Positions 23,895-33,410 of a stretch of DNA of 46,255 nt are shown in pieces (the first letter of the stretch is position 1; each line of letters begins with the position of its first letter). The stretch lies in contig JAUZPZ010000002.1 of NCBI GenBank assembly GCA_030705675.1, positions 1-46,255 on the forward strand, written 5' to 3'. Position numbers and translations under genes: made by a program. The notes below the pieces were generated by a model. It worked only from the letters and a program-made list of their open reading frames with translations. It was not told where the DNA came from and made no database searches. This DNA is from Bacillota bacterium. GTDB lineage: Bacteria; Bacillota; Clostridia; RUG12999.

Positions 23895-24836
23895 TTATAG
23901 GTCGGCTGTCAATAAAATACCATTAGAATATAAAGTTGCATCTGTTAATCCATGCGAAGTCTTTGAAGCAATTACTGTAAGATTGTTTCCATTAACATAA
24001 AAAGTAAACGTAAAACCAGATTGCACAACACTCGCAGCTGTCATTACAGAAAAGCTTCCAGATTCTATAGTTGGAATCGCTCTAAATGTGTTTGTTAACG
24101 GAACAGAAAACAGTAGAGTATTGGCAGTATACGACCCTACTCTAAAATAACCGCCACCATTTGGGATATACAATGCGAATCTTTGGCATTTTGTTAACTC
24201 TTCCCCGTAATCCGCAGGCGGTTTATCGGGATAAATATAATTGATTGTTGTCGAAGAAGATGTTGTTAATGTGATATAAGGCGTGTAAGTTGACGATATA
24301 CCGCAAAGCGTCGCAGAATAGCTTTCAAATCCTATTGTTATAGTTACTCCATTTTTTGTAACCGATGAAGTAGCGCCCGTGCTAGATGCAGGCCAAGTCA
24401 AAGTATCCCGATATTCAGTCCCGCCGACACTGATTGTAATAGGCTGCTCTTTCTCGAATAACCATTCCGGTAATTCTTCAATGCGCTGTTTTGCAACTCC
24501 ATTAAGCGCAAAGCCTGTTTTGGAAGTCCATACCATTGAACCGCTTACAAGCCACCAACGATCAAGATATATCGCGCCGGTTGTGGAATATGTCGTTCCG
24601 CTTGTTATAACGCGCTGGTTTTCGGGAGATAAAAAATTACCGTTATGGATGTCTGCAAATGAAATATAAACTTTCTTTTCTACTTCCGGAACAAGCGTAT
24701 TGTTTATGTAATTCTTTGCTTGGTCGTGCAATTCCTGAATTTGCGCCCTTGCTGCTGTCTCTGTCGGTGGATCTGGAAATGTTACCGAATCGTTATACCC
24801 ATTTGTAGGAGTAAATGTTAACGGTGTTAATGACAT
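23895..24836 (-). CDS. Tail-fibre-like structural protein
   Basis: N-terminus LTFTPTNGYNDSVTFPDPPTETAARAQIQELHD resembles Firmicutes phage fibre N-termini. The call rests on position and composition only. Confidence 0.45.
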   Translation of the reverse strand: MSLTPLTFTPTNGYNDSVTFPDPPTETAARAQIQELHDQAKNYINNTLVPEVEKKVYISFADIHNGNFLSPENQRVITSGTTYSTTGAIYLDRWWLVSGSMVWTSKTGFALNGVAKQRIEELPEWLFEKEQPITISVGGTEYRDTLTWPASSTGATSSVTKNGVTITIGFESYSATLCGISSTYTPYITLTTSSSTTINYIYPDKPPADYGEELTKCQRFALYIPNGGGYFRVGSYTANTLLFSVPLTNTFRAIPTIESGSFSVMTAASVVQSGFTFTFYVNGNNLTVIASKTSHGLTDATLYSNGILLTADL

Positions 24837-24854
24837 ATTATTACCTCATTTCCG

Positions 24855-26711
24855 TTATCTAACCATCTGATCTTTTGTATAAAGCAAAATGATTGACATA
24901 ATCGAAAGATTTTTGTTTAACTCGTTATTTGCTGCTTTTAACTGAAAATTTATAGTTCCGCTGTGCGTTGAATTAATCTTTTTGGTAGTTTGAAATTGAA
25001 ATACTTTCCATGTAAACGCGCTCCAAAAACTCGAGCTAGCCCATGAAAACGACTTGGATTTAATCAATACAGTTTTTGTTTTCTGGTTTCTGTCGTCTGT
25101 CAATGTAAACGTAATGTTCGTGTTTGTTCCTGATCTTGTGGAAAATGAAAATCCCTGTATGGTCTTTTTCCAGTTTGGGGTACCAAAGTCTAATGCTTTA
25201 GATTTCCAAAATGCGTCTATCGGCTGCCCGAAATCATTGTAATTGTCTTGGAATTTTACAATCTGCCCGATTGTTCTGTCGCCGTAGTACGTTTCGCGGT
25301 TCATATAAGCCCAATTCTCGGCGTTAATGTTGGTGTAATAAAACCACACGACTTGTTCTTGGCTTCCGTTGTAAGGCGAAAGCTCGTAATCCCACACCCA
25401 CGCTTTGGAGCCGACGCAGATATAATATTTTCTGCCGTCGTCAAAGCTGGAGCAATTGGCAAGATCAGTCATGCTTTCGTCGAGAAGTCCGGGCCTTAAA
25501 TTCTTTACTCCGTTTATCAAAGCTGAAATTTGATTGACATTTTTCTCGGATTCAATCAGTGTTGAAGTTATAATCCACAACCCTGACTTGGTGTTTCCGT
25601 ATACCGGAAGGTTCTTGACGATCTGAATAGAACCGGGCATGTCACAGCCAACCTGAGAGTTAAGCACTGAAACAGGAAATGTTACCGTTCCGGTTGAGTA
25701 TGTGATTGAGTAAATGCCGTCTTCTTTCATCGGCAACAGTCGGGAATATAGCTTAGTCCACCCTACTATTTTCTTTGTGTCCGAGCCTATCCGGTTAAAG
25801 TTGTTTTCCGGCCAGTATGTCGCGTCATAGGCGGTGTTTCCGGTAAGTCCGGTGTACCAGTAAGCATTTTTGTAATTGTCGTTTCCTGCCGTAAATATGC
25901 GGGAATCCTGCGAACCGCCACCGAACAGATCTGAATAAAGGCAACCTTTAATTCGTTCCGCAAATCCAGAAACAGTTTTATAAGCCGTTATAATAACGTT
26001 GTTTGTTCCTGCACCAGGAGCGACGGAAAAAGTCACAACTCCGGTAGTCCGGTTGACGGTGAAGTCCGTAGTCTCTGCTTTGGCTACTCCGTTTACTACT
26101 GCCGTAACTGCTGTTGCATCAAGCCCGGAAAGGCTTAATGTGTATGCGGTTGTTCCAACAGTACCGCTGAAAGAATCTTTGAATCCCGGCTGAATTAAAT
26201 TGAATTGCTCGTATGCTGTGCCGCCGCCTGTCGGCGCTCTGCCGATCGTTAATGTCGGAATATACCCTGTAATATTACCTACAGAAAACGCGGATGTTAT
26301 CGCCTTGTAGTCTGTTCCGTTCTTGTAATACAGAACGTCATTGAACGTAAAAAAACCGCCCTTAGCATTAGTAAGGCCGGTTGCGATTTCTGTATTTGTT
26401 TCGGTTGTTTCATCGTATGTGTAAAGCTTTGTACCGTGAGCATAGACGATTTTGCCGTAAAACAAGTCTTCGTGCATTCCGTTTATTTTTCCGGGTCCCA
26501 GGCTTTCTGCCAAAACATAGACTTGCCCTCTTCGCTTTGTAATTGCCCCGCCGTCGTCTAAATTAATGTTTTGCATTGATGGAGATTGCCCATTGCCAAT
26601 TTTCATTTCGGCGTCTCTAAGGTTTAGCCCGGAAAACGGTATTGATGTGCCGAAAGACAATTCAAGCATTGGGGTCGGTGCCGGTATTTGAAGTTTTGGA
26701 GGGTTGTACAT
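24855..26711 (-). CDS. Large tail/baseplate-type structural protein
   Basis: 618-aa beta-rich ORF in the structural block. No motif could be named. Confidence 0.45.
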   Translation of the reverse strand: MYNPPKLQIPAPTPMLELSFGTSIPFSGLNLRDAEMKIGNGQSPSMQNINLDDGGAITKRRGQVYVLAESLGPGKINGMHEDLFYGKIVYAHGTKLYTYDETTETNTEIATGLTNAKGGFFTFNDVLYYKNGTDYKAITSAFSVGNITGYIPTLTIGRAPTGGGTAYEQFNLIQPGFKDSFSGTVGTTAYTLSLSGLDATAVTAVVNGVAKAETTDFTVNRTTGVVTFSVAPGAGTNNVIITAYKTVSGFAERIKGCLYSDLFGGGSQDSRIFTAGNDNYKNAYWYTGLTGNTAYDATYWPENNFNRIGSDTKKIVGWTKLYSRLLPMKEDGIYSITYSTGTVTFPVSVLNSQVGCDMPGSIQIVKNLPVYGNTKSGLWIITSTLIESEKNVNQISALINGVKNLRPGLLDESMTDLANCSSFDDGRKYYICVGSKAWVWDYELSPYNGSQEQVVWFYYTNINAENWAYMNRETYYGDRTIGQIVKFQDNYNDFGQPIDAFWKSKALDFGTPNWKKTIQGFSFSTRSGTNTNITFTLTDDRNQKTKTVLIKSKSFSWASSSFWSAFTWKVFQFQTTKKINSTHSGTINFQLKAANNELNKNLSIMSIILLYTKDQMVR

Positions 26712-26723
26712 AATATCACTCCA

Positions 26724-27662
26724 CTACCAATTTGTAACGTTGATTATTTCCCCTTCTTGATACGGGGTTTGCGAACTACTTAAATTTGCTAATTTGTTGT
26801 CATACTGCTGTTTCAAATAAATTTTAATATTTTGCATTTGGTCAGTGCATACGTTTGCCGCCATGTAATACGGAATTAGATTCTGCGCGTTTTCGTCAAC
26901 TTCAAATTCGTATGAATCAACGGTGTTTTCGTCAATTGTTGCCGGCAGCTTGTAGTAATGAATGTCAAACTGTCCGCTTTGAAACCAGTTTATCTCAATA
27001 GTCTTTTTGCCGGTAAACCGATAATCTCCCGTAAAGGCTTCATACTGCCGCTGATCGTACCACTGCATGATTTTGTTAAACTCTAAAAAGTCGTCCGGCA
27101 GGGTATAAGGAATAAACGGCTTGTAAGTCGGCACGTCGTTATCGGTGGAGTAATTGTTTTTGAAAAATGCCCTATTTCTAATAGTGTAAGGGTAACTTCC
27201 GGTAAACCGCATTCTTACCGAATTTGCCGCGCTGGTTAATGTAAGGTTTCCTTTGTATCCGGTAAATTTCGTAATTCCTGTTACCGTTATAGTTTTCAGA
27301 ACAGTCCACACGCCCGAAATTTCTTCCTCTATGTATACCGTTCCGGGCCTATCAACCTCGAAGTAATAAGCTTTTGCTCCCGTTGCTGTTTTTTCAACTG
27401 TTTTATCAGGCTCGTACCGTTCCATATCAAACGCAGTAATCCCAAGCAAATTTTCGTCGGGCCATTGCGTTATTGAATACACCGCAGGCATTTTGACAAA
27501 CCGCGCGATTTCTTTTTGCGCATCATCCGCAAGATCGTTCATTCTTAGTGTAAAATCTAACTGTGTACCGTCTGTAGACGGCGTAATCTCACCGCTCGAA
27601 GAGTATTGATTTATTAATTTAATGGCTTTTACTTTGGCCTGCGCCAACGTCATGCTTGCCAT
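26724..27662 (-). CDS. Structural protein (tail/neck associated)
   Basis: GGAGGA RBS; 312 aa. Confidence 0.45.
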   Translation of the reverse strand: MASMTLAQAKVKAIKLINQYSSSGEITPSTDGTQLDFTLRMNDLADDAQKEIARFVKMPAVYSITQWPDENLLGITAFDMERYEPDKTVEKTATGAKAYYFEVDRPGTVYIEEEISGVWTVLKTITVTGITKFTGYKGNLTLTSAANSVRMRFTGSYPYTIRNRAFFKNNYSTDNDVPTYKPFIPYTLPDDFLEFNKIMQWYDQRQYEAFTGDYRFTGKKTIEINWFQSGQFDIHYYKLPATIDENTVDSYEFEVDENAQNLIPYYMAANVCTDQMQNIKIYLKQQYDNKLANLSSSQTPYQEGEIINVTNW

Positions 27663-27705
27663 ATTATCACCGTCCTCCGTTTACGAGTTTTTAGTACGCT
27701 AAGGT

Positions 27706-27825
27706 TTAATTGGCGACCTGCCACGCGACAATTGCCGCCTTATATTCGGCGTTCTTGATATCGTCAGCGGTTATCTCGCCGGATGTAATTTTGCGTTTGA
27801 GAATTTCCAATATAATTTCATTCAT
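27706..27825 (-). CDS. XkdX-like 39-aa protein
   Basis: ATGA overlap with the upstream stop. MNEIILEILKRKITSGEITADDIKNAEYKAAI resembles the XkdX family. Confidence 0.45.
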   Translation of the reverse strand: MNEIILEILKRKITSGEITADDIKNAEYKAAIVAWQVAN

Positions 27826-28082
27826 ATGATACCTCCTATTTGTAAAACAAGAGTTTCAAGTTCTGATATACGCTCCGAATCTGTTGGCTGCTGTGCGGCA
27901 GATGCTGCTGCTTTTATCGCCGCGATTTCCTCTGCCGTCTTGCCCTCTACCCATGCGGAACCGTCCCATTTGGGAAGATAAAATCCATCAGGGCAGGGCG
28001 TTTCGACGGTAAATTCGGTCAGCTCGTCAACAAAGTCATCGCGGATGAATAAACCGTTGCTGTCGATTATTCGTACAAACAT
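27822..28082 (-). CDS. XkdW-like small protein
   Basis: FYLPKWDGSAWVEGKTAEEI motif, as in proteins that follow Firmicutes phage fibre genes. Confidence 0.45.
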   Translation of the reverse strand: MFVRIIDSNGLFIRDDFVDELTEFTVETPCPDGFYLPKWDGSAWVEGKTAEEIAAIKAAASAAQQPTDSERISELETLVLQIGGII

Positions 28083-28091
28083 AAAGTTACC

Positions 28092-29402
28092 TCATTCCGT
28101 AAAGTAAGATATCGAAGATAGGTCAATATATGTGTTATTTCCAGATTCGATATTACAAATTCCATCAGAATACACAAGTATAGAGCCAAGTAATGCGTTT
28201 GATATAATAGGAAATCTCATGTTTATAGGTGGCCGTAATGCTACTGGTAATAAAGCAAAATTGCTCCCTATGGTTCCACTTTTCAGCATGCCTCTCCATG
28301 TGACTTTTCCCGTGGCGTCTTTTTTCACCTTAAAGATTCCTACTGCATCATAAGCCACCCAACCCCCCAACGTAGTTGGGGCTATCGCGTCATCAGCCCA
28401 TAACCTTTTTCTGCACCCTGCAATATTCGCCGCGACAATCGTAGCTGCTCCTACCGCCACGCTGATTTCAGCCAGCTTCTGCCCGCCTGTTGGTACGCTC
28501 GGAGCCGCCGGGCTTGCCGCCGCCGTACCTGCAAGATACGAGATAACGCCGCTGGAATTGACATATACAATATCGATACGTGGATTCGTAGCGTCTGCCG
28601 CTGTAACCGCAAGCGCGGTGTTGGCGGTCGGAGTAAACCTTCTGCCGTTTTCCATAAAAATTACGCCGGTTGCAACCGATACTGTCATATCAGGCGTGGA
28701 CTGCGCGGACACTGTAAGGCCGGAGTAAACGCCATATCCGGTTTTCTCGGTGTTGAGCTGACGGATGTTGTTGAGCAGGTAGGGCAGTAGTTTGGGATTC
28801 GCCGCAAAGTTTACGGCGCCGTTAAACCATGAGTTAGGATAGAAAGCGAGAATAGCGTCCATTTCTGCGGCAGAGGGTTCGTTGCCTGTGCCAAATGCGG
28901 CGGTGAGGTCGATTGTGGAAACGTACTTAACTTCTATTGCATCATTTGCCGCACCTGACGGGCGTATTATAATCCTGTCTTTGCCTGTCGCGGCAGTGCT
29001 TGTTGTGGTTAGGGAAGAAAACGTGTACCACGTGTTCACAACTGGATTGGATTTGCTATATGCAACAACCGTTCCATCCGTGGCAGAGGTGCTTCCACGG
29101 ATAGCTATATCAATCGCAGTTATAGTAGCAGAACGTGACCGAACTATGGCTCGGACATATACCTTCCGTGCCGTTCCCGCTGCCGAGGTTAAATCTGTAC
29201 AAACCACGCCTATAGTCGATACTGCCAATGTAGCGGTCAATACGTTTGCAACGGCACTTATTGCCAACCCAGAAAGTGCCGTCCACCCTGTAGTCCCATT
29301 GCTGAAATCACCATTCGTAACAAGGTTCGTCACGGGGAAATTGGTATCGGACTCCAATTGACTAATTTGCTGATTATTTGCTTTATCTAAAATACTCATC
29401 AC
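28092..29402 (-). CDS. Tail fibre / receptor-binding protein with a carbohydrate-binding-module-like N-terminal domain
   Basis: NLVTNGDFSNGTTGWTA is typical of CBM_4_9-type modules; 436 aa. Confidence 0.55.
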   Translation of the reverse strand: MMSILDKANNQQISQLESDTNFPVTNLVTNGDFSNGTTGWTALSGLAISAVANVLTATLAVSTIGVVCTDLTSAAGTARKVYVRAIVRSRSATITAIDIAIRGSTSATDGTVVAYSKSNPVVNTWYTFSSLTTTSTAATGKDRIIIRPSGAANDAIEVKYVSTIDLTAAFGTGNEPSAAEMDAILAFYPNSWFNGAVNFAANPKLLPYLLNNIRQLNTEKTGYGVYSGLTVSAQSTPDMTVSVATGVIFMENGRRFTPTANTALAVTAADATNPRIDIVYVNSSGVISYLAGTAAASPAAPSVPTGGQKLAEISVAVGAATIVAANIAGCRKRLWADDAIAPTTLGGWVAYDAVGIFKVKKDATGKVTWRGMLKSGTIGSNFALLPVALRPPINMRFPIISNALLGSILVYSDGICNIESGNNTYIDLSSISYFTE

Positions 29403-29752
29403 GTCACCGCCGTTCCCTTGACGGTGATGCTCCCGCCTGCGCCTGGTGTAATTGCCGACAAGTCCATAATTACAGTTTTTAATCCGGCTATATCAAACTG
29501 CCATGTTTCAGCCGCGGATGTCGTGATTGCGGTGCTTGTCGCCGTTGTCCAGTCTGATAACTTTATTCCTTTTAAGGACTTGTAAACACCGTTTGCACCT
29601 TTATACTTAAATTCAACTGTTGCGCTTGTTACAGTTCCGTCTATATCAACAGTCAAAGTCTTGAACGTTCCGACTTCAAATGCGGCTCCGTCTGCCGCAG
29701 ATGTTGCCGCACTGTGAAAAGTGAAATCTTTTGTATCGGCACGAATTATCAT
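29399..29752 (-). CDS. Small beta-rich structural protein
   Basis: 117-aa, Ala/Thr/Gly-rich, and translationally coupled on both sides. Confidence 0.45.
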   Translation of the reverse strand: MIIRADTKDFTFHSAATSAADGAAFEVGTFKTLTVDIDGTVTSATVEFKYKGANGVYKSLKGIKLSDWTTATSTAITTSAAETWQFDIAGLKTVIMDLSAITPGAGGSITVKGTAVT

Positions 29753-29968
29753 TTACTTAGCCTCCTTTTTGTGTTTTCTGGCGCAAGCCATCATTTGCCC
29801 TTTGTTGTCGTGTTCCCCGCCGCAGTATTTACACTGAATTTTTTCAATTTGGTTTTCTTGTGCGCCGCTTACTGAAATGGCTGATCTTAAAAGCCCGTTT
29901 TGCTCAATCAAAAGTTGCCGTATATCGTAAAGTAAAATTTTCTCGGTAGAGTTTAAGATTAGTTCCAT
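29753..29968 (-). CDS. Hypothetical small protein with CxxC...C
   Basis: 71-aa ORF downstream of the terminator at 29990-30005. Confidence 0.45.
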   Translation of the reverse strand: MELILNSTEKILLYDIRQLLIEQNGLLRSAISVSGAQENQIEKIQCKYCGGEHDNKGQMMACARKHKKEAK

Positions 29969-29980
29969 AATTCACTCCAA

Positions 29981-30005
29981 TTAGAAAAAGGGGAGTTTCC
30001 TCCCC
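29981..30005 (-). terminator. Rho-independent terminator
   Basis: GGGGAG-GAAA-CTCCCC hairpin followed by TTTTTCT on the minus strand, directly after the stop at 30006. Confidence 0.65.
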
Positions 30006-30548
30006 TTAAATCACAACGTACTCAATGTACGCATATCCAACAAGTCCAGCAGCCGCGCCCGAAGCTTTGGAGGCCGTTATCCATTTGCCGGACGCTAGTT
30101 TCTGAACCGACGTACCGTTTGTACCCTGATTTTCAACGTTGTCGAATACCCCGGCAGCGGTTCCAACGTCAATACCGTCCATCAAGTTATCTGCCGATGT
30201 CGTCGCGTTTGTTGCGGTTGCTCCAACATCAAGAGTACATGCGCCAGTAGATTTGGTAGTTACGTCAAAAATTACTCTCTGAACCAGAATTGAAGAGCTT
30301 TCCGGGTTAGCCCACGCCAATACCCCACCGCCAGTATCGGCAGCAGCCAACGCAACTCTGACAACTTTTGCCGCCCTGTCGGACGATTCAAGCAATGCCG
30401 ATTTATTCAACTGTGCTGCGGTAGCGGTTACGGCAACCCCGGACTGTCTTAACTGACCGCTGCTATTGGCAATCTCAACTTCTGAGCCTACTGCACCGAC
30501 ATATGAACCCTCAGCGCCAACGATTTTTGAAAAATGTGTATATCCCAT
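30006..30548 (-). CDS. Ala/Gly/Thr-rich head-associated protein (possible decoration protein)
   Basis: 180 aa, immediately downstream of the capsid gene. Confidence 0.45.
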   Translation of the reverse strand: MGYTHFSKIVGAEGSYVGAVGSEVEIANSSGQLRQSGVAVTATAAQLNKSALLESSDRAAKVVRVALAAADTGGGVLAWANPESSSILVQRVIFDVTTKSTGACTLDVGATATNATTSADNLMDGIDVGTAAGVFDNVENQGTNGTSVQKLASGKWITASKASGAAAGLVGYAYIEYVVI

Positions 30549-30576
30549 TTAATACATCTCCCTTTCTAAGAAGACA

Positions 30577-30596
30577 GGGAGGGCCAATGCCCTCCC
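30577..30596 (-). promoter_or_regulatory. Perfect 8-bp hairpin after the capsid gene (attenuator or mRNA stabiliser)
   Basis: GGGAGGGC-CAAT-GCCCTCCC (plus-strand reading; ATTG loop on the minus strand). Confidence 0.55.
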
Positions 30597-30613
30597 CATA
30601 TTAAAATTTAATT

Positions 30614-31561
30614 TTAGCCGTCAATGAGTACGCACCAGCGCCAATCCACAAACCCAATAGAGTAACGCATATACCCTTTGATTTGCCACGAGCCCGTATT
30701 AAATTCTTTCCGGGACTCAATTTCAAGGGGCACCCTGTCTATCCAGTACAAACACTTTTTCATGTATGCTGAATCAAGCAGAAACGCATCCGCAGTGCAT
30801 CCCATATTGTCAAGCCAAGAAGATACAATAATTTTGTACTTGCCCTGATACGGGTTAGCATTGTTGTTCGCAGTGTTTAGTTTTCCAAGAGAATAGTTGA
30901 TCTCGTAAGCGGTATCTTTCAGCGCATACGGTACAAACAAAGTGTCGGGAACAAAGTTGCCGATCTCTCCGATGTCCGTCTTAAACCCGATCATTGCTTC
31001 TTCCGCAGTTTTAAGCGTGTCGACACTCAGTGCGCCGGATACAATATTGCTTTGGTTTGCGCCTTTCCCTGTCTTGGAAGTATGCGCTGCGCTTGCTAAA
31101 GCCAGAGTATCAGCTCCGGTCGTCGTAAAGTCCTTCGATGCCAACGTGTAAGATGTGTTCTTCGCGTAAACAAATGGAGCATGTACAAACTTTTCCATTG
31201 TTCTATTTGCGGAATCTGTGATAGTTCCCGCTTGGTTTTCCATATCTATGATACGAGAATCGTCAATAAGTTCGCGTTTAATCTCGATACCTTTCTGGAA
31301 TACCGTGTGAGTAAAGGTTTTGGTGTAACCTTCCTGGAAATCGTCATACGGGACTGCCCCATCACCTGCTACGAAATCGCCAATACCCGTAAGTCCCGCT
31401 ACAGATTCACTATAATGCTTTGAGGTCTTTACGTTGTATAATTCCTTTTTAAGAGAATTTGCAGCGTAATTTCCGTTTTCTTTTTCCATATAGGCCATAA
31501 TTGGGCCTTCAAATCGTCCGATTGCAGCATCAATTTTGCCTGCTGTTGCAGTAATTAACAT
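30614..31561 (-). CDS. Major capsid protein (putative)
   Basis: 315 aa, positioned after the scaffold gene and flanked by hairpins. The call rests on position and size. Confidence 0.65.
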   Translation of the reverse strand: MLITATAGKIDAAIGRFEGPIMAYMEKENGNYAANSLKKELYNVKTSKHYSESVAGLTGIGDFVAGDGAVPYDDFQEGYTKTFTHTVFQKGIEIKRELIDDSRIIDMENQAGTITDSANRTMEKFVHAPFVYAKNTSYTLASKDFTTTGADTLALASAAHTSKTGKGANQSNIVSGALSVDTLKTAEEAMIGFKTDIGEIGNFVPDTLFVPYALKDTAYEINYSLGKLNTANNNANPYQGKYKIIVSSWLDNMGCTADAFLLDSAYMKKCLYWIDRVPLEIESRKEFNTGSWQIKGYMRYSIGFVDWRWCVLIDG

Positions 31562-31585
31562 TTATTTCACTCTCCTTTTTTGAGC

Positions 31586-31609
31586 ATAAAAATAGCGCCC
31601 TAAGGCGCT
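31586..31609 (-). terminator. Terminator-like hairpin
   Basis: AGCGCC-TTAG-GGCGCT followed by ATTTTTAT on the minus strand. Confidence 0.5.
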
Positions 31610-31630
31610 TTGTGTTTTGTAATTTACTTG

Positions 31631-32062
31631 TTAAGCTTTAATTGTGGTTCTTGCTATGTTTTCGGTAGAATTGTAGGAAAGCAACTCCATTTTGCCGCCC
31701 GATGTGGTAACTCCGTCAAGGCAAGCGCCCGTCGCCGCTACCCTCATTGCCTGCGCCCCGACTAAAGCAACAAGCGAAGTTTTTTCTGCGCTTGAAAGGG
31801 CCGTCGTTCCGTCTGCCGCCATAGGTGTACATTTCAAAACGTCGCCTCGGAAAATTCTAACAAACTTGCAAGCCTCGCCTGTGGTGTTTCCTTTTGTCAC
31901 AATAGCGTCGGCTACGGCGGTAGTAACAAGCGTTGCAGTAGGCTTTCCTGCCCCCGCTGTGAGCGCTACGGCCTGTCCCGGCGTAAGAGTTGCCGCTCCG
32001 ACAATGCCATCGTCTTCAATAAGCGCTCTGCCGTTGTATGTTGATTCAATCGTAAAATTCAT
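31631..32062 (-). CDS. Ala/Thr-rich head-associated protein
   Basis: 143 aa, between the scaffold and capsid genes. Confidence 0.45.
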   Translation of the reverse strand: MNFTIESTYNGRALIEDDGIVGAATLTPGQAVALTAGAGKPTATLVTTAVADAIVTKGNTTGEACKFVRIFRGDVLKCTPMAADGTTALSSAEKTSLVALVGAQAMRVAATGACLDGVTTSGGKMELLSYNSTENIARTTIKA

Positions 32063-32075
32063 ATGTTTTCACTCC

Positions 32076-32837
32076 TTATCCGTAAAGTTTTTTGTGGTAT
32101 TTCATAGCTGCTTTTTTATCCATTCCCATATCTAAATACATCTGCATGGTTTCGGCAGGAATATGTACATCGTTGGTTTCGCCCTCGCCGTCACCCTCGG
32201 TATTTAGATGCTGTTTGGAATTAATGTTGTTTAAGGTTTTTTGCTTGGCTGCCGCCTGCTGCTTGGCGCGAAGCTCTGCGCGGTTAACGCTTTCGTAAGC
32301 GTCAGCAAGACTATATCCGCTTTGGATTTTGCCAATAATCGCGTCGTAAGTCGGCAAAGCTGCAAGGTCTTTAAGTTCTTTTAATCCGCTTTCGGGGAAT
32401 TGCCGTTTAAGGTCTTCAAAATCAGCGTTGATTTTACTGTCAAGCTGCTGCTGTTTTGCGCTTTTTACAACAGGATGATTTTCAACTATGTTGTTAACAA
32501 GCTGACTTATTGCGTCAGGGTTAATCCCCTGATCTATGTAGGCCTGTTTCTGTTTCTCTGCTTCCTGCTGTGCCTGGTACGCCTCCATTTCGTCAAACGA
32601 ATCGTACCCGAACTTCTTTGCAAAAGCGTCTTGTCTGGCTTTGGCTCTTTGCATTTCTTGCTCAGCCGCAAGCCTCGCGGCCTTAAACTGCTCATTTGTG
32701 TCACGGTCTTGTTTTGGCTTCTCATTGGTTTGAGAATTTAATTCCTCGCCGGAACCATCTTCCGCGTCTTGAAGGTCAACGTTCCCTTCCTGTCCTTCGT
32801 CAACATCGTTGTTAAGGATTTCTATATCTTCGCCCAT
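32076..32837 (-). CDS. Scaffolding protein (putative)
   Basis: Acidic N-terminus, long coiled coil (AEQEMQRAKARQDAF...) and basic C-terminus. Positioned before the capsid gene. Confidence 0.55.
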   Translation of the reverse strand: MGEDIEILNNDVDEGQEGNVDLQDAEDGSGEELNSQTNEKPKQDRDTNEQFKAARLAAEQEMQRAKARQDAFAKKFGYDSFDEMEAYQAQQEAEKQKQAYIDQGINPDAISQLVNNIVENHPVVKSAKQQQLDSKINADFEDLKRQFPESGLKELKDLAALPTYDAIIGKIQSGYSLADAYESVNRAELRAKQQAAAKQKTLNNINSKQHLNTEGDGEGETNDVHIPAETMQMYLDMGMDKKAAMKYHKKLYG

Positions 32838-32900
32838 AATAAATACCTTTCTGGATGATTAGATTTCTCACGCTATCCCATGCGCATTTTTTTAGTTAAA

Positions 32901-33026
32901 TTATTTCTTTGTGCTGCCGTTTCTGAGGTCGTCGCCGTACTTGATCGAGCTGGTTGATGCCGGTTTGCTCTGAGTGTTGCCGATCTTAATAACTCCACCT
33001 AACGGCATAGGATTCTTGTTTTCCAT
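32901..33026 (-). CDS. Hypothetical 41-aa protein (below the track cutoff)
   Basis: AAGGGGGTG RBS 5 nt before the ATG at 33026. Confidence 0.45.
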   Translation of the reverse strand: MENKNPMPLGGVIKIGNTQSKPASTSSIKYGDDLRNGSTKK

Positions 33027-33086
33027 AGTTGCACCCCCTTTCAAGCAATAAAAAAACACCTTGTCGGTGTTGTTTTTTATAGGTTT

Positions 33087-33410
33087 TCAATTGTCTTCTA
33101 TCGTAATGGTTTCAACTATTACGAATGGATCTTCAATGGTATGTCCGTTACGCCCGTAGTAGTTGCCGCAAGGCGGGTTTAACGCGAATTTATCGTTGTC
33201 ATTTTCTCCGTACTGCAATGTGTTTTCATTTCCCGCGTTCTTACACAGCAAAGTGCGGTCGTAATAAATTTTGATATGCTTGCTTAGTTCGTCAAGAGTT
33301 ATTTCCCCTGCCTCAAACTTTGCGCGGTATTCAGGGTCATATTTTATGTACTGCTGGCCGTCTTTTCCGATTATCAAAGTTTGACCGCAGATAGGGCATA
33401 CGTTAAGCAT
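33087..33410 (-). CDS. Hypothetical zinc-ribbon protein
   Basis: CPICG motif. Overlaps the portal stop by 8 nt. Confidence 0.5.
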   Translation of the reverse strand: MLNVCPICGQTLIIGKDGQQYIKYDPEYRAKFEAGEITLDELSKHIKIYYDRTLLCKNAGNENTLQYGENDNDKFALNPPCGNYYGRNGHTIEDPFVIVETITIEDN

